The notes under the pieces are model-generated. The model was not told the DNA's origin, did not search any database, and saw only the letters and a list, made by a program, of their open reading frames with translations. Position numbers and translations under genes: made by a program. From Convolutriloba macropyga (Eukaryota), in contig NC_134468.1 in the NCBI RefSeq assembly GCF_964194025.1, positions 22,878,001 through 22,942,000 of the forward strand: a stretch of DNA of 64,000 bases, written 5' to 3'. Below are positions 11,120-22,999 of this stretch, piece after piece (position 1 is the stretch's first letter; each line of letters begins with the position of its first letter).

Positions 11120-11602
11120 TTGGTTTCTCTTTTATCAATCAGTTTACAAGGTCTCAATTACCCTTATCAACCTATAGATTGTTTACGTAATACAGTTTTA
11201 ATTTACTTCAGAGATTCAACCCACAGTCGGGGTCCGATCAGCTCTCAGTTGCTTTCCGCGGCACAGTTTCATCAACAGCTTCCTTTCCAAATTTTGAAAA
11301 GACCCAGCATTGCACGTAAACGGTTGCTGAGAAAACGATTCAAATTTGTTAAACAAGCTCGGGATACAGAAAAAGTGGTTAAAAATGTAAACTTATTCAA
11401 TTCACAAATTTTATTGAGAATCGAATCCATTTTATCATCGTCTATTGGACAAGACTTCCACGATTCGGTTATTGCGCTTAGTGAAGGTTCCCTTTTCTTC
11501 TCATCTCCGTCAATTCAACTGCAGATCTCTAAAAAAGACCCAAGAGTTATCCCAAGTGTGGATCAAACATCTGCAAAAGAACTTGATTCGTCATATACTT
11601 AA
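11120..11602 (+). CDS. Hypothetical Polinton ORF upstream of pPolB
   Basis: 160-codon open frame (TTG start) with a basic patch; no recognisable motif. Confidence 0.3.
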   Translation: MVSLLSISLQGLNYPYQPIDCLRNTVLIYFRDSTHSRGPISSQLLSAAQFHQQLPFQILKRPSIARKRLLRKRFKFVKQARDTEKVVKNVNLFNSQILLRIESILSSSIGQDFHDSVIALSEGSLFFSSPSIQLQISKKDPRVIPSVDQTSAKELDSSYT

Positions 11603-14600
11603 ACAACACCAACATGCTTGCTCCAGTTGCCAAGTTGCCATGAATCTTTCCCAAGTCAAAAAAAACTCTTGCAGCAGATTCGAAAACACTCGAGATCCGT
11701 TCTCCGAAAATTCAAATGTAAGAACTGATCGGAAGAATTCAGAACATTCTATTGTCTTAGAAAACATAAAAGAGAAGCACATCTAGACATACAGAAGACT
11801 CGAGTTTCACAAAAGGACGTTGCTCTGACAGAGTTTCAACATGATGTCAACTTATAAGAAGAAATTGAAACAGTCAAACATTTCCTGAATGACAAAAAAT
11901 TCGAATCTTCAAACAAAACTGTATACAATTTTCGTATGAACGATTTTAAAACTTCATTTCTCAAGGAGAAGATGATAGCAATCTACGAGGAACTCAATTG
12001 TACTGTAAAGGTAAATTTAGCCTTCGGCTTCATCCTGCAAAATATTCAAAACGATGAGAACTTTCAGTATAACTATCCAGCCGAGAACAACACCGTTTTT
12101 GAGTATTGTCAGACAGAGATGACTTGAATTCCATTTTGAATCGCTTAGAACAGAAAAATTAGTTTGAGGACCTCATCAAAGAGCGACCAGATACAAAATG
12201 GAAAATGCATAGTCTAATAAACATTAATTTTTTTCTCTACCACATTACCAACGTTCCTCTTGGATGTTACAAAACTCAAATTCCTACTTCATTGTTGAGA
12301 AATAAACTTGTTAATTTTGTTAAACTTGAAATAAACTATGTTTCGTGACAGATTGAAAACCTCATAAACCTTTTGACGACAACCTTTGTATGTTTCGAGC
12401 GGTAGCTTATCACCTTCATGGAGTAGTCGATTTTTAAAAAAAGTCTGTTGAATTGTTCAAGAAGTTTATTGGTGTGACAAAGCAAACAGAAAATAACTTC
12501 GCCGGTGTCGATACGAATCAGATACATTACTTGGAAAAAATTGTCGAAAATAACATTCAGTTGTATTCAGTCTTTGACGACGAAAACGAGTTACTTGGTG
12601 AGCTAACGAGACGAAGTGAATCAAAGTTTTTTAAGACGATTAACCTGATCCAGTACAACAATCACATTTGCTGGACGTCGGGCCTAAAAAAGCTTCTTAA
12701 GAAATTTGGCTGTATCAATTGTGATCAATTCTTCAATAGAGATTTTAACATCGAACGTCACATGGAAACTTGTAGCGATCTCATCAAACACAATTACCCT
12801 TATGGACCTTATCTGTAAAAGTTGAATGTCTTTGAAAAGTTGGAGAATGTTGATGTCAGGATTAATGATACAATTCGTTTATTCAAAATTTAGCAGTGTT
12901 TGATTTTGAATCTATTACAGTTCACGATGAAACACTGAGCAACTCTTTTTCAGTTACTTGGGTCGGAAAGCACGTACCAATTAGTGTCTCCATAGCTTCG
13001 ACTCTTCTTTCTGCACCAGTTTTCTTGTGTAGCGAAAATCCGATGCAGCTTATTAGGGAATTCTTGGATGAACTTCTGAAAGTGTCAGAACAATCAGCAA
13101 CAATTATGCAAAAAATTTTCAACAATGTTTTAATCCAGTTAGATGAAAAAATACAAGAAATTCAGACCAATTTCCCCGGAATTGAGTCAGTAGAAGGTTC
13201 GAAAAGAGAGACAGGGCTGTTCAGTGCTGAAGCGGAACTTGTTATCGAAGATAAAGACAGCAGTTACGAAATGAAAGTTCAGAAATCGAAATTGAGGAAA
13301 CTACTTAATTTGAAGGATGAAGTTAATAGATATTGTAAAGAATTAGCGGTCTTTGGATTCAACAGTTCGCGGCACGATCTGAATTTAATCAAAGATTATC
13401 TGCTGAAAATCCTCTTGCTTGAGAGAAACTGCACGCCATCTGTGATTCGGAAGAGTAACCAATTCATAGAAATGATTTTTTTGGGACTGCAATTCCTAGA
13501 AATCCTTAACTTCATCGCTGGTTCTGTCAATTTGGACAATTTCCTGGAAGCCTACGGTATGGAGGAACAAAAAAGGTATTTTCCCTATGAATGGTTCAAT
13601 AGTACAGAAATGCTGAATAACCCTTTCCTCCCACCCATTGAAAGCTTCTTTAGTAAATTAAAGAACTGTAATGTACTAGAGAAGGATTTCAATGACTACC
13701 AGCACTTGCTGTCTCTGGGATTTGAGGAAGGAGATGCTCAAAAGAAACTTAAACTGAGAGAACGACCCATTACTAAAGAAAAAAACTACAACTCAATCCA
13801 ATGTTTATGGCAGGAAGCTGGTATGCGGAACTTCAAGGACTATCTACAGTGGTATAATAACAAAGACGTTGTACCCTTACTAAATGCATTACAAAAAGGT
13901 AAAGTCTTATCATGACAGGAACGTTGATATGCTTAAATCAGGATTACTTTTACCAAATTTAGCTAACAAAATTTTACATTCGTCAACTTCGACAAAGTTC
14001 TTCCCTTTCACAAAGTCTGATGCTCATTATGATACCTTTTTACGTAGTTGGCTTACAGGAGGACCTTCGATCATTTTTACTAGATATGTCAAAGTAGGTG
14101 CTACGTTCATCGGAAACACAGAAAATTGTTGTAAAGCTAATGTGGGGATCGATGCCAGCCAGTTGTACCCTTTTCTATGACAAAAAATATGCCTAGTGGT
14201 CCATACACAAAATGGGAGTTTTCAGTCGATTCTAACAAGTTTCTTCCCAAACGAAACAGTCGGAGCTTCTTTGAGTTGATGGTTACCTCTTTCTTCCGTG
14301 AATCATTGTCAGATTTTTCCATTCAGACGCAATTTACTCACGAGAAACAAAAACAATTCGGACCTTTCTTCGTGGATTGATTTTGTGCGCATTGTAGCAC
14401 TGTATTTGAGGCTATGGGATGCTATTATCATTTCCATTCTTGTCAAGAAGAATCTTTGTTACAACATGAACGTGAAGATGCCATAAAAAGAGAGAATCGC
14501 GAAAGAGCAGAGCATAGACGTCAGTATTTAGAGAAATTGAATCTAAAGGTCGTTGAAGTATGGGAGTGTCAATGGAAGGAGGGGACGAAGACAAATAAGT

Positions 14601-15877
14601 ATGGAGTAAAAACCTTTCGAACTGTGCATTTTCCTTACATACCCCCTCTTAGTTGTGAAAAACTACTTCAAAACATTTTGAATGGTGAGTTGTTTGGTGT
14701 TGTTGATTGTCAGCTTGAAGTTCCTGTACATCTGCGAGCGAGGCTCAAAAAATTTCCACCTATCTTCAAGAATTGCGATGTCAGTATAAACGATATCGGT
14801 GATCACATGATGACGTTCGCACGAGAACAAAAACTTCTTAAGAAACCACGTAAAACGTTAATTTCCAGTATGATTCTCGAACGTGGACCAATCATAACAC
14901 CCCTTTTAGTTTTCTACTTCTCCCAGGGTCTCATTTTGAAACGAATTAATTTCTTCATTCAGTGCAACCCACAGAAATGTTTTAGTCCATTTGTACACTC
15001 AGTTGTAGAGGCACGTCGTCAAGGAGAACTGAACACACAATCATTTGTTGTTGCCGAGACAATGAAATTGATCGGAAACAGTTCTTACGGTTACCAGATC
15101 ATGGATAGATCTCGTCACACAAAAACAAAATATACAATTGGACCTGACATATCTAAACTAATAAACAACAAATTTTTCAAAAGTTTCAATGAAATAGACA
15201 AAGACATATTTGAGGTTGGTCTTAAAAACAGTACTGTCGAACACAAGGAACCACTAGTTTTTGGGTTCTTCATCTTACAGTATGCAAAACTTACCATGCT
15301 TGAACTCGTCTACAACTTCTTTGATCGGTTCTGTGATTCCGACAAGTACGAATTCATTGAAATGGACACAGACAGTGTTCTTATTGCAATGAGTGAAAAA
15401 AATATCAAAGATATTATCAAACCAACTATGAAAGAAATGTGGAACCAGCTCCGGGCTCGTGATTGTAGAGACAATTTTCAAGCAGACAACATAGCTAATT
15501 TTTTTCCGCGTGAATGTTGTGCTTCTCATAACAGACACGATCAGAGAACTCCAGGATTGTTTAAACAAGAGTTGCGCTGCACAGAGATGGTGGCAATGTG
15601 CTCTAAGACCTACTGTTGTTTTGATGAAGAGGTACAGAACGTTAGACTGAGTTGCAAAGGCTTGAAAAAATGTAGTCTCATTAACGATAATCCACTTCAG
15701 AAGTACAAATCAGTTTTATTTGACAAAGAAAATATTGTTACCATCAATGGTGGTTTCCAAACTGTGGACAGCGAAAAAGTGTGTACATATGAAATGAGAA
15801 AAAGGGGATTGCCCAACTTCTATCGTAAAAAGATTGTTCAACCAAACGGAATACACACAAAACTCTCGAACTTGTAA
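11603..15877 (+). pseudogene. Protein-primed family B DNA polymerase (pPolB) with N-terminal TP/vOTU region, C2H2-like finger and inserted VSR-like nuclease; multiple frameshifts and stops
   Basis: KVNLAFGFIL; DDNLCMFRAVA...YNNHICW (vOTU); CINC...RHMETC; ExoI FDFES, ExoII GFNSSRHDL, ExoIII YNNKDV; Pol A DASQLYP; VSR-like FFVD*FC..C.TVFEAMGCYYH...VWECQW; Pol B KLIGNSSYG; Pol C MDTDS; RTPGLFK; SKTY. Confidence 0.95.
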
Positions 15878-15940
15878 AACTCTTTCAGTTTTTCAAATAT
15901 ATTTTATATATGTATGTGTGTAGTGATTCACAGGAACCTA

Positions 15941-16420
15941 ATTTTTCAATTTAAAAGTTTTAGAATTGGTAAAAACCAATAGCACTCTCGGGTATCCTAA
16001 AGGGGTGAAATTTTTTGTCAAAATTCAGAAGTTCTTACTAGTATACGAGAAATTGAAAAAAATGTCTATCAGAGACCGTATAAAATCTTTATATATGAAG
16101 TTTGACAAAAACATTTCAGTTCCTGATGAGTTCCGCAATTAAAACAGTGTTCAATATCTTCATTTTTTTACCTTGTAGAACTTCATTTTAGTTGTGATCA
16201 TTATTTTTTTGTTTTCATACGATCATTTATTTTCTGATTTGTTCATACCCAGTTGACGTTGAACCATCATGCCGATTTTCATTTCTAATTAAGTCTTATG
16301 AGCTCAAGAATCTTTGAATCAAGTTCAGTGTCGTCAAACTGACAAAGCATTACGGCGATACTTTATTGTTCTCACTAATTTATCAATTTTTGAAATTATT
16401 GATACAATACAGAGTTAAAT
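15941..16420 (+). repeat. Diverged ~500-bp direct repeat, copy 2 (copy 1 at ~785-1285)
   Basis: Same collinear blocks as copy 1; lies immediately after the pPolB stop. Confidence 0.8.
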
Positions 16421-16708
16421 TACTAATTTTTTAACTATTTTCTATTCAAATTGTGTTCGAACTTTTCACTTCAGAATTTTCTTATCTATAAACTCACACC
16501 AGTACAACTTTATTTTGTCAACTCAGTATTCGTTTATGGACTTTTTAAAGAAAGAACCACCTAATGTTTTTTATTTGATTAAAATATTGAGGAGGATTCT
16601 ACTCTGGTAGCCCTTAAAAGGGCTGAGTTGTATAGTTAGGAAAAATCTAAATCTCGTTTCTTTTTTCCAGAACTTTGTACCAATGGAGGAAGTTTTTTCC
16701 CTGCCAAA

Positions 16709-16972
16709 CTAATCCAAGCAATATGGGCACCTGGCCTTCATTTCAAAATTGCACTCGGCATAATTTTTTTTCCGACAATTTTTAGACTCACATTCAATGA
16801 GTCCACATTTCCTACAATCTGATGCTAGGTAACAGCATAGAATACATTGCTTCATAACTCTCCTATGTTTTTTATTTCGACGGCAGTTTTTAGTGTACTT
16901 CCTGGCACGGATCTGAGAAAGGTTTTCATTTTCCATTTTCAACAACTTTACTAAGTAGGGTAAATGAGACAA
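16709..16972 (-). CDS. Small basic, Cys-rich (Zn-binding?) ORF near the Polinton right end
   Basis: CILCC...CRKC...C...C...C...CPYC preceded by a K/R-rich segment; no ATG start. Confidence 0.4.
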   Translation of the reverse strand: MSHLPYLVKLLKMENENLSQIRARKYTKNCRRNKKHRRVMKQCILCCYLASDCRKCGLIECESKNCRKKNYAECNFEMKARCPYCLD

Positions 16973-17159
16973 CTGATTTTCCCTCTATGAACGTATCTTT
17001 CAATCAATTTATCATAATAACAATGTATTGGCGGAAAACATTTACTACGTCTATTCTCTTCTCCAATTAACAACTCTATTCAATACTTAATGGAATCTTT
17101 TGTTTGTATACAGACAGATAGTCTCTTCAATCTGTCAAAAAATATCAATTTAATCACGT

Positions 17160-17241
17160 CAAGTTATAACCCCTTAAAAGCAAACGGATTAATGACCGGC
17201 TCCCAAAAATGCGCGAGATCTACTCACACTATACTACTACT
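17160..17241. repeat. Probable right terminal (TIR) end of the Polinton
   Basis: A short GC-richer patch (gaccggctcccaaaaatgcgcgagatc) is followed by tactcacactatACTACTACT, about 1.3 kb downstream of pPolB. The partner TIR is not in the window, so the TSD (next 6 nt gcggtt) cannot be confirmed. Confidence 0.65.
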
Positions 17242-18377
17242 GCGGTTATCTTGGATTTTGTTTTCTTTGTCGTCTAATCTTTTGCCTTTTACATTTGCTA
17301 ACGCAGAACGTTTTAAAATATCAATTTTGTTTACCGTTTTTTATGCAGTTTTTTCTCTGATTTGTTGCTAAATTTATGTTTCGTACGCTGATTTATTTTT
17401 ATCATACCAAACTTAGCTCGCTCTTTGGCAGTGTTATAGCAATCTGACTGCTATGTTGAGTTATAAAGTTACGATAAGTTTTTCCGAAAACGGTCTCTGA
17501 CCGAAAAAATTTTCGGGTCACAGCAAAATGACCAAAACACCTTGCTTTTCGTCAGTCCTTGTCACTAAAATTATACAGGAAACAGGTTGTGTTGACTTTT
17601 GACCAATTTTAGTGAGAAATTCAATGAACGAAGAAGTTAATGGTTAAAAGATCAGCGATTGAAAAATTGTTTTCTCAAGCATGTCAAGTGGCATTGACCT
17701 AAAAATGCACCGCTACAAATTTAGATGCCGGAAATAAATTTATGTGGTTATGTGTGTGCCTGCATTTTCCTTCTGTTTGTTTTGTTTTTCCATATTTTTC
17801 TTTGCTGCGCAATCTTGTTGATCTGAAATGCATCAAGTTTATCTTTTGATGACTTAATGCCAATAATAAATAGTATTTAATGTACTACGTATTTTCAGTG
17901 TTCCATAGAACACTCTTTCTTAATGATGGCTGTTAGTAATGATTTGCTGCTGTAAGTAATGAATGACGGCTGCCTTTCGCACTGAAAACATTAGAGGTTA
18001 TTAAAATCGTGTTTTATTTATTTCTTGTGAAATCGGTTCTCGCTGAACACAACTTTGTTCATTGATTTCTCCCTGCCAGTGATCTTTATTTACGAGCAAA
18101 ACCTCCTTCACTAATCGTGTTGCGATCTTTCAGTTTATGTTCCCGTTTTTAAAATTTTCCACCACTGTTTTTCCTGTCTATCCTCTTTTCTTTATTTATT
18201 TCTTTTTCGCTTTCTTTCCTTCTTTCTTTCTTTCTATCTCTTCGTCTTTATTTATTTTCTGTTTTCATTTTTTTCTCTGTAACCGTTTTTTTCTTGCTTT
18301 GCTCGACGATTTGAGTATCTTCTCCCTTTGTTTCTTTTCATTCTCGCTCTTTTTTAACTTTCTTTCTCTCATTGTCT

Positions 18378-18577
18378 NNNNNNNNNNNNNNNNNNNNNNN
18401 NNNNNNNNNNNNNNNNNNNNNNNNNNNNNNNNNNNNNNNNNNNNNNNNNNNNNNNNNNNNNNNNNNNNNNNNNNNNNNNNNNNNNNNNNNNNNNNNNNNN
18501 NNNNNNNNNNNNNNNNNNNNNNNNNNNNNNNNNNNNNNNNNNNNNNNNNNNNNNNNNNNNNNNNNNNNNNNNNNNNN
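18378..18577. other. Assembly gap (200 N) inside a pyrimidine-rich low-complexity tract
   Basis: Run of N. Confidence 0.99.
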
Positions 18578-20645
18578 TCCTTAAGTTGTCTTTTTAATGT
18601 ATTGCCGTTTTTTCTTCCAGCTCTCAATTTTTTTTTCACTTCATCTTTGTTTTTCCTTCAAAGTTTTGGCGTGACAGGGATTTTGGTCCAAATATTCTCA
18701 AATTCTGCCTGTTTTAGTGTTAATGAGAAAAAGAGACAGTCCATGAAACAATTCAAATTATTCAAGGATAGTCAATGAGAAAATCAACGAAAAATTTGAA
18801 ATAACTTTAGATCAAAAACCCCTTTTTTTAAATTCAGCTGGTTGTAATGCCCTCAGTTTACATGTGATACTGAGATTTATTTTCCTCATATACACGAGTT
18901 ATCATAAACCCGTTTTTAATAGAGAATATCTTTTACAGTTTTGGAATAGAGTTCATTCAGATAGCTGCTAGTTACCAATGAAATTATTAATGGTTGCTTA
19001 ATTTAATTAAAGCTTATAGTGAAAACAGGAATAATGTCATCTTGCTCATACTTGTTATTAAAATAAGGCGCAGTGTTATGACCAAAATAGCAGCAACTCC
19101 AAGTCAATCATGAAAACTAACAGAAGCGTAGTTTGAGTGTTGATATCTTGGAAAGTACAGTTTTATGGTAGGGTAAAATGATTGCTGTATTTTTTTTGCT
19201 TGCTTAAATGTGATTGGACAGAATTTAAAATCTAGGAAGGTCTTCTTACCAAAAACGTTTGGTTTTTTTATGTGAAAATAAGTTGACTGATTGAAAATTT
19301 ATTGATAGAAAAAAATTGAATTAAAATTTTTATATAATTAAATATTTTATAATGGATAAGGTCATACTAGGTCCATTATTAATCTGAAGAATTGAGACAT
19401 TGATTAGTCAGAAACTTGATAGATAATAATAATGAGAAAGTTATAACAGTGCGCAAAAACATACTACCATTCCTCCTTGTGAACAGGGATTTTCATAAAT
19501 ATCTTTTTTATCTGAGAAAGTATGCTCCCATACGTCTTAAACTGTAAACCGCTGCCCAAAATTGGGTTTTTCCCCTATACCTAGAATTGCTTGATATGTT
19601 GATAATCAAAGGCAAGTTTACTGCAAAAACAATGCGTTTCTGAACCTTGCAATAATATAACAAGACAGCAGAACCGCGGTCACTTCAAAATCGAAACAAA
19701 AACAGGTTGCGAACATCAGACGACAACTTGTTATGTTGTTCAAAAATACTTCATAGCTTTACATTTAAAAATCCGAAAGCTGGCGACAAGCTCAACAAAA
19801 TATCAAAGACTTACTGGCACTGTCTTTTATTCTCCTTCAATTCAAATGGCAAATGCACATTGCGTATTGTATATATATGTGGAAATTGGAGTCCTTGGAA
19901 AAAAATAATGTGTATGGACTAACAAACGAGGGTGCAGACCACCCGTGGGTATAAGTGATAACCAGAATCCTTAACTACTAGCACTGCTTCTAGTACTATA
20001 GCCCCCAATTATGGTATTATTACTAACATTGGGGGGTCTATAGGTTATCTGACCACTAATCTTGGGGGAAAGGGCTATCATGGGAAGGAATCTTAAAATC
20101 GTTGTCATGGTGAACATCCATCTTAGAAAATTGAGATTATGTACGTACCACTCGTTGACATTTTTAATTAAGAATTTTGAAAGTCATCAAAAATCTAGTT
20201 CCGTTTCAATTAAAAATTTTATATTTAAAAAAATACATACCAGACAATAAGACAGACAGGCATTTTACCTAAGTTCACTTCAAGTATTATTGGATAGGAG
20301 TCATTGAAAAAAAAAGTCTTTGGACAGTTAAAGATGGGATCTTTTATGTTTGTGCCCCCCAGTACGTTATGCATCCCCCGCAGTACGTTATGCACCCCCC
20401 CCCCCCTTACATGACACGTGTCGTTACAAGCCAAATAATTATGTAAAAATGCAGCAGGTGCGTCCGGGGTTTTGTAGTAGTAGTAATATAAGACTTCATT
20501 TCTTTAGAGGCATTAAATATTGAATAAATTCAGAAAATGAACTCGGGGGAAGGTCTATCATGGGAAGGACTCTTAAAATCGTTGTCATGATGAACATCCA
20601 TCTTAGAAAATTGAGAATATGTTCATACCACCTGTTGACATGATC

Positions 20646-22570
20646 AACAGGACGGTGTTGAACTGCCAAAATTTGTCCTGGAAGTCTTATTCTTAGGTCC
20701 AAATTATCCGGTTAGTGACAAAATTAATGAAGTGCACTTCCTTGCGGATGTAGACAGATTAGTTCGTGAGTTAAGGGAGAACAACATTGAAGGTGAAAAG
20801 TTATCTGAATTAGAATCGTCCGCAAAATGGTACGCCAAGAATGTACGTGAGACTCAAATGGATAGAAGGGTTAAAAAAGCTAATGCTTTTTTGAAAGATC
20901 AAAAACTACTAGCTGTACCCTTTGATAAAGGTTTTGGTTTTTGTGTTATGAAACAGACAACATACTTGGATAAACTAAATAAAATTCTCAGTTCCAGTCA
21001 GTTTGAGCCTCGTTATGGAGAAAGTTATGATCTAACAATAAAAACGGGGAACTCATAAATAGCAGTTTGCACCAATTAATGAAAAAGGGAAAGATAAGTG
21101 AAAAGATTTATCAAAGGCTCAGGACAACTGGATCGCAACTGCTCAGGCTTTATGGACTTGCTAAAGTACATAAAAGCGGTACTCCGCTTCGGCCTGTTCT
21201 GTCAATACCTGGTAGCAGTTACAAGATCCTCAATAAGTTTCTCTCCTTTTTTCGAGAGGTTATCAGGCGCAGATATTGAAAAAAACTCGAAAGATGAGCT
21301 AGTTGTATCTCTCGGTGTTAAAAACTTATACACAAAAGTACCAAGTGAGGAGGCAATTGAAATTGCGCTTAAAGAACTGTACTCCAGTGACGAGATACCT
21401 GAGATTCCGAGGTCAGCGATGAAGAGCCTTTTCAGACAGGCCTTAGATAATGTTTAGTTTAAGTGTAATAAAATGTGATACACTCAATCGGACGGTTTAG
21501 CAATGAGTGCTTCGCTGGCTGTAATTTTGGCAAATTGGTAAATGAAATCTTTGATAAATCTTTAAAGAAACCAAATGAAGGAAGGGAGAACAAAACTCCT
21601 GACACAAAGATGATATGCATTGACTGTAACCGACGCGTTACTTTCCGAGGGAAAAGGGTCGATTGCGAATCATGCAAAAACTGGTTTCATGCAAAATGCC
21701 AAGATATCATTGGCACAGAGTATATGACCATGCAGGATATTGTTTGGATTTGTTCCTATTGTGCAGAAAAAGGTACAAAAGAGGACATAAAGGAATTGAA
21801 ATTATTCAAGAGGTTTGTAGAGGACATAGTGTGCGCCGTCAAGGGAAACCCTCTAGATTACCTTGAGTTTGCATATTCTCTTCACAAGAACACACTTCAA
21901 TCTTGAGACAACAGACGGTAGTGGAGACCTGGCATTTCTAGATCTAAACATAAACGTAAACGAAGATAGGAAAATAAGCTGTCATTGGAATCAAAAATCC
22001 ACCGATACTGGCATAATCCTAAATTGTCGCAGCTGTGCACCGTTACAACTTTAAAAAAATGTGATGCAAGGGACTGTGCATAGGATTGTTAGTGCGACCA
22101 GTGGCTGGCAATCATTTGAACTAGCTCTCAAGCAAAATCAAGAGATCTGGACCGAAAATCAATATCCAACAGAGTGGTCCTCCAGTTATGTTCACGAGAC
22201 GTGTGATAAAATAGTCACGAGGGAAAAGGTCACAACAAAACTCCCAAAAATGAACAACATCACAAAAAAGTTAAAAGTCTCAACAATAAGGAGCCTAAAT
22301 TGAGGTTTTTTGTACAATCCAGAGGAAAAATTACTCAAAATTTTGCAAGTCGACTGAAAAAATTGTGTGATATTCAAATCATTTTCACATTAAGAAAGCT
22401 AAGAACTTGCTTGCCCACCCTGAAATAATCTTTTGATAAAATGTGAAATCCTTTGTGGTATATAAAGTTACATGTAATAGATGCAGTTCGAACAATGTTG
22501 GCCAAACCAGCTGACATAATACCAGTAGAATTTCGGAGCATCAAAAGAAGGATTCTCCAGTGGAAATTCA
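20646..22570 (+). mobile_element. Penelope-like retroelement fragment, copy 1: RT with in-palm PHD finger plus GIY-YIG endonuclease start; decayed
   Basis: AVPFDKG.GFCVM; RLYGLAKVHK..TPLRPVLSIPGS; VSLxVxxLYTKVP; YTQSDGLAMSASLAVILAN; PHD; LFKRFVEDI (YVDD motif); LAFLDL; QKSTDTG..LN..S.AP; ENQYP; VVYKVTCNRCSSNNVGQT...RISEH. Confidence 0.93.
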
Positions 22571-22999
22571 AAAATTATTCTGGTAAATGTTAATTCGAAA
22601 TTTTGACAACTCCAACAAGTAAAAATAAAAACAGATTGATAGGAATGAAATTAAAAATTCCTTTTCAGAAATAGAAAGCAATATACCCGGGATTTTCAGA
22701 AACTCCGGAATAAAAACTCGGATCTTTTCCGTTTGTGCCCCACAGTACGTTAAGCTCCCCCCAGTTAGAGCGCACGTGCCATTACATAGTAAATCATTAT
22801 GTAAAAATGCAGCACGTGCGTCCGGGTTTTGTAGTAGTAGTATAAGACTTCATTTCTTTTGAGGCATTAAATATTGAATAAATTCAGAAAATGAACTCGG
22901 GGGAAGGTCTATCATGGGAAGGACTCTTAAAATCGTTGTCATGATGAACATCAATCTTAGAAAATTGAGAATATGTTCATACCACCTGTTGACATGATC

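Larger units (their letters stand above)
1..17241. mobile_element. Decayed endogenous Polinton/Maverick (adintovirus-like) element; right terminus at 17241, left terminus not within the window
   Basis: Complete hallmark gene set in typical order (PRO-MCP-core-mCP-INT-x-x-ATPase on minus, pPolB on plus). Nearly all core ORFs are broken by stops or frameshifts. The sequence ends in ...CACACTATACTACTACT (17225-17241), matching the AGTAGT...ACTACT ends of Polintons. Whether 1-780 belongs to the element is uncertain. Confidence 0.93.

Noticed and set aside
16118-16150. CTGATGAG resembling a hammerhead core
   Set aside because: No stem II followed by GAAA and no closing stem I
18137-18778. ORFs spanning the N gap (Phe-rich / Lys-rich)
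   Set aside because: Artefacts of low-complexity sequence plus Ns
20470-20490. gtagtagtagta runs (also ~22831) resembling Polinton termini
   Set aside because: Adjacent sequence does not match the reverse complement of the 17160-17241 terminus; they are part of the duplicated MITE-containing unit
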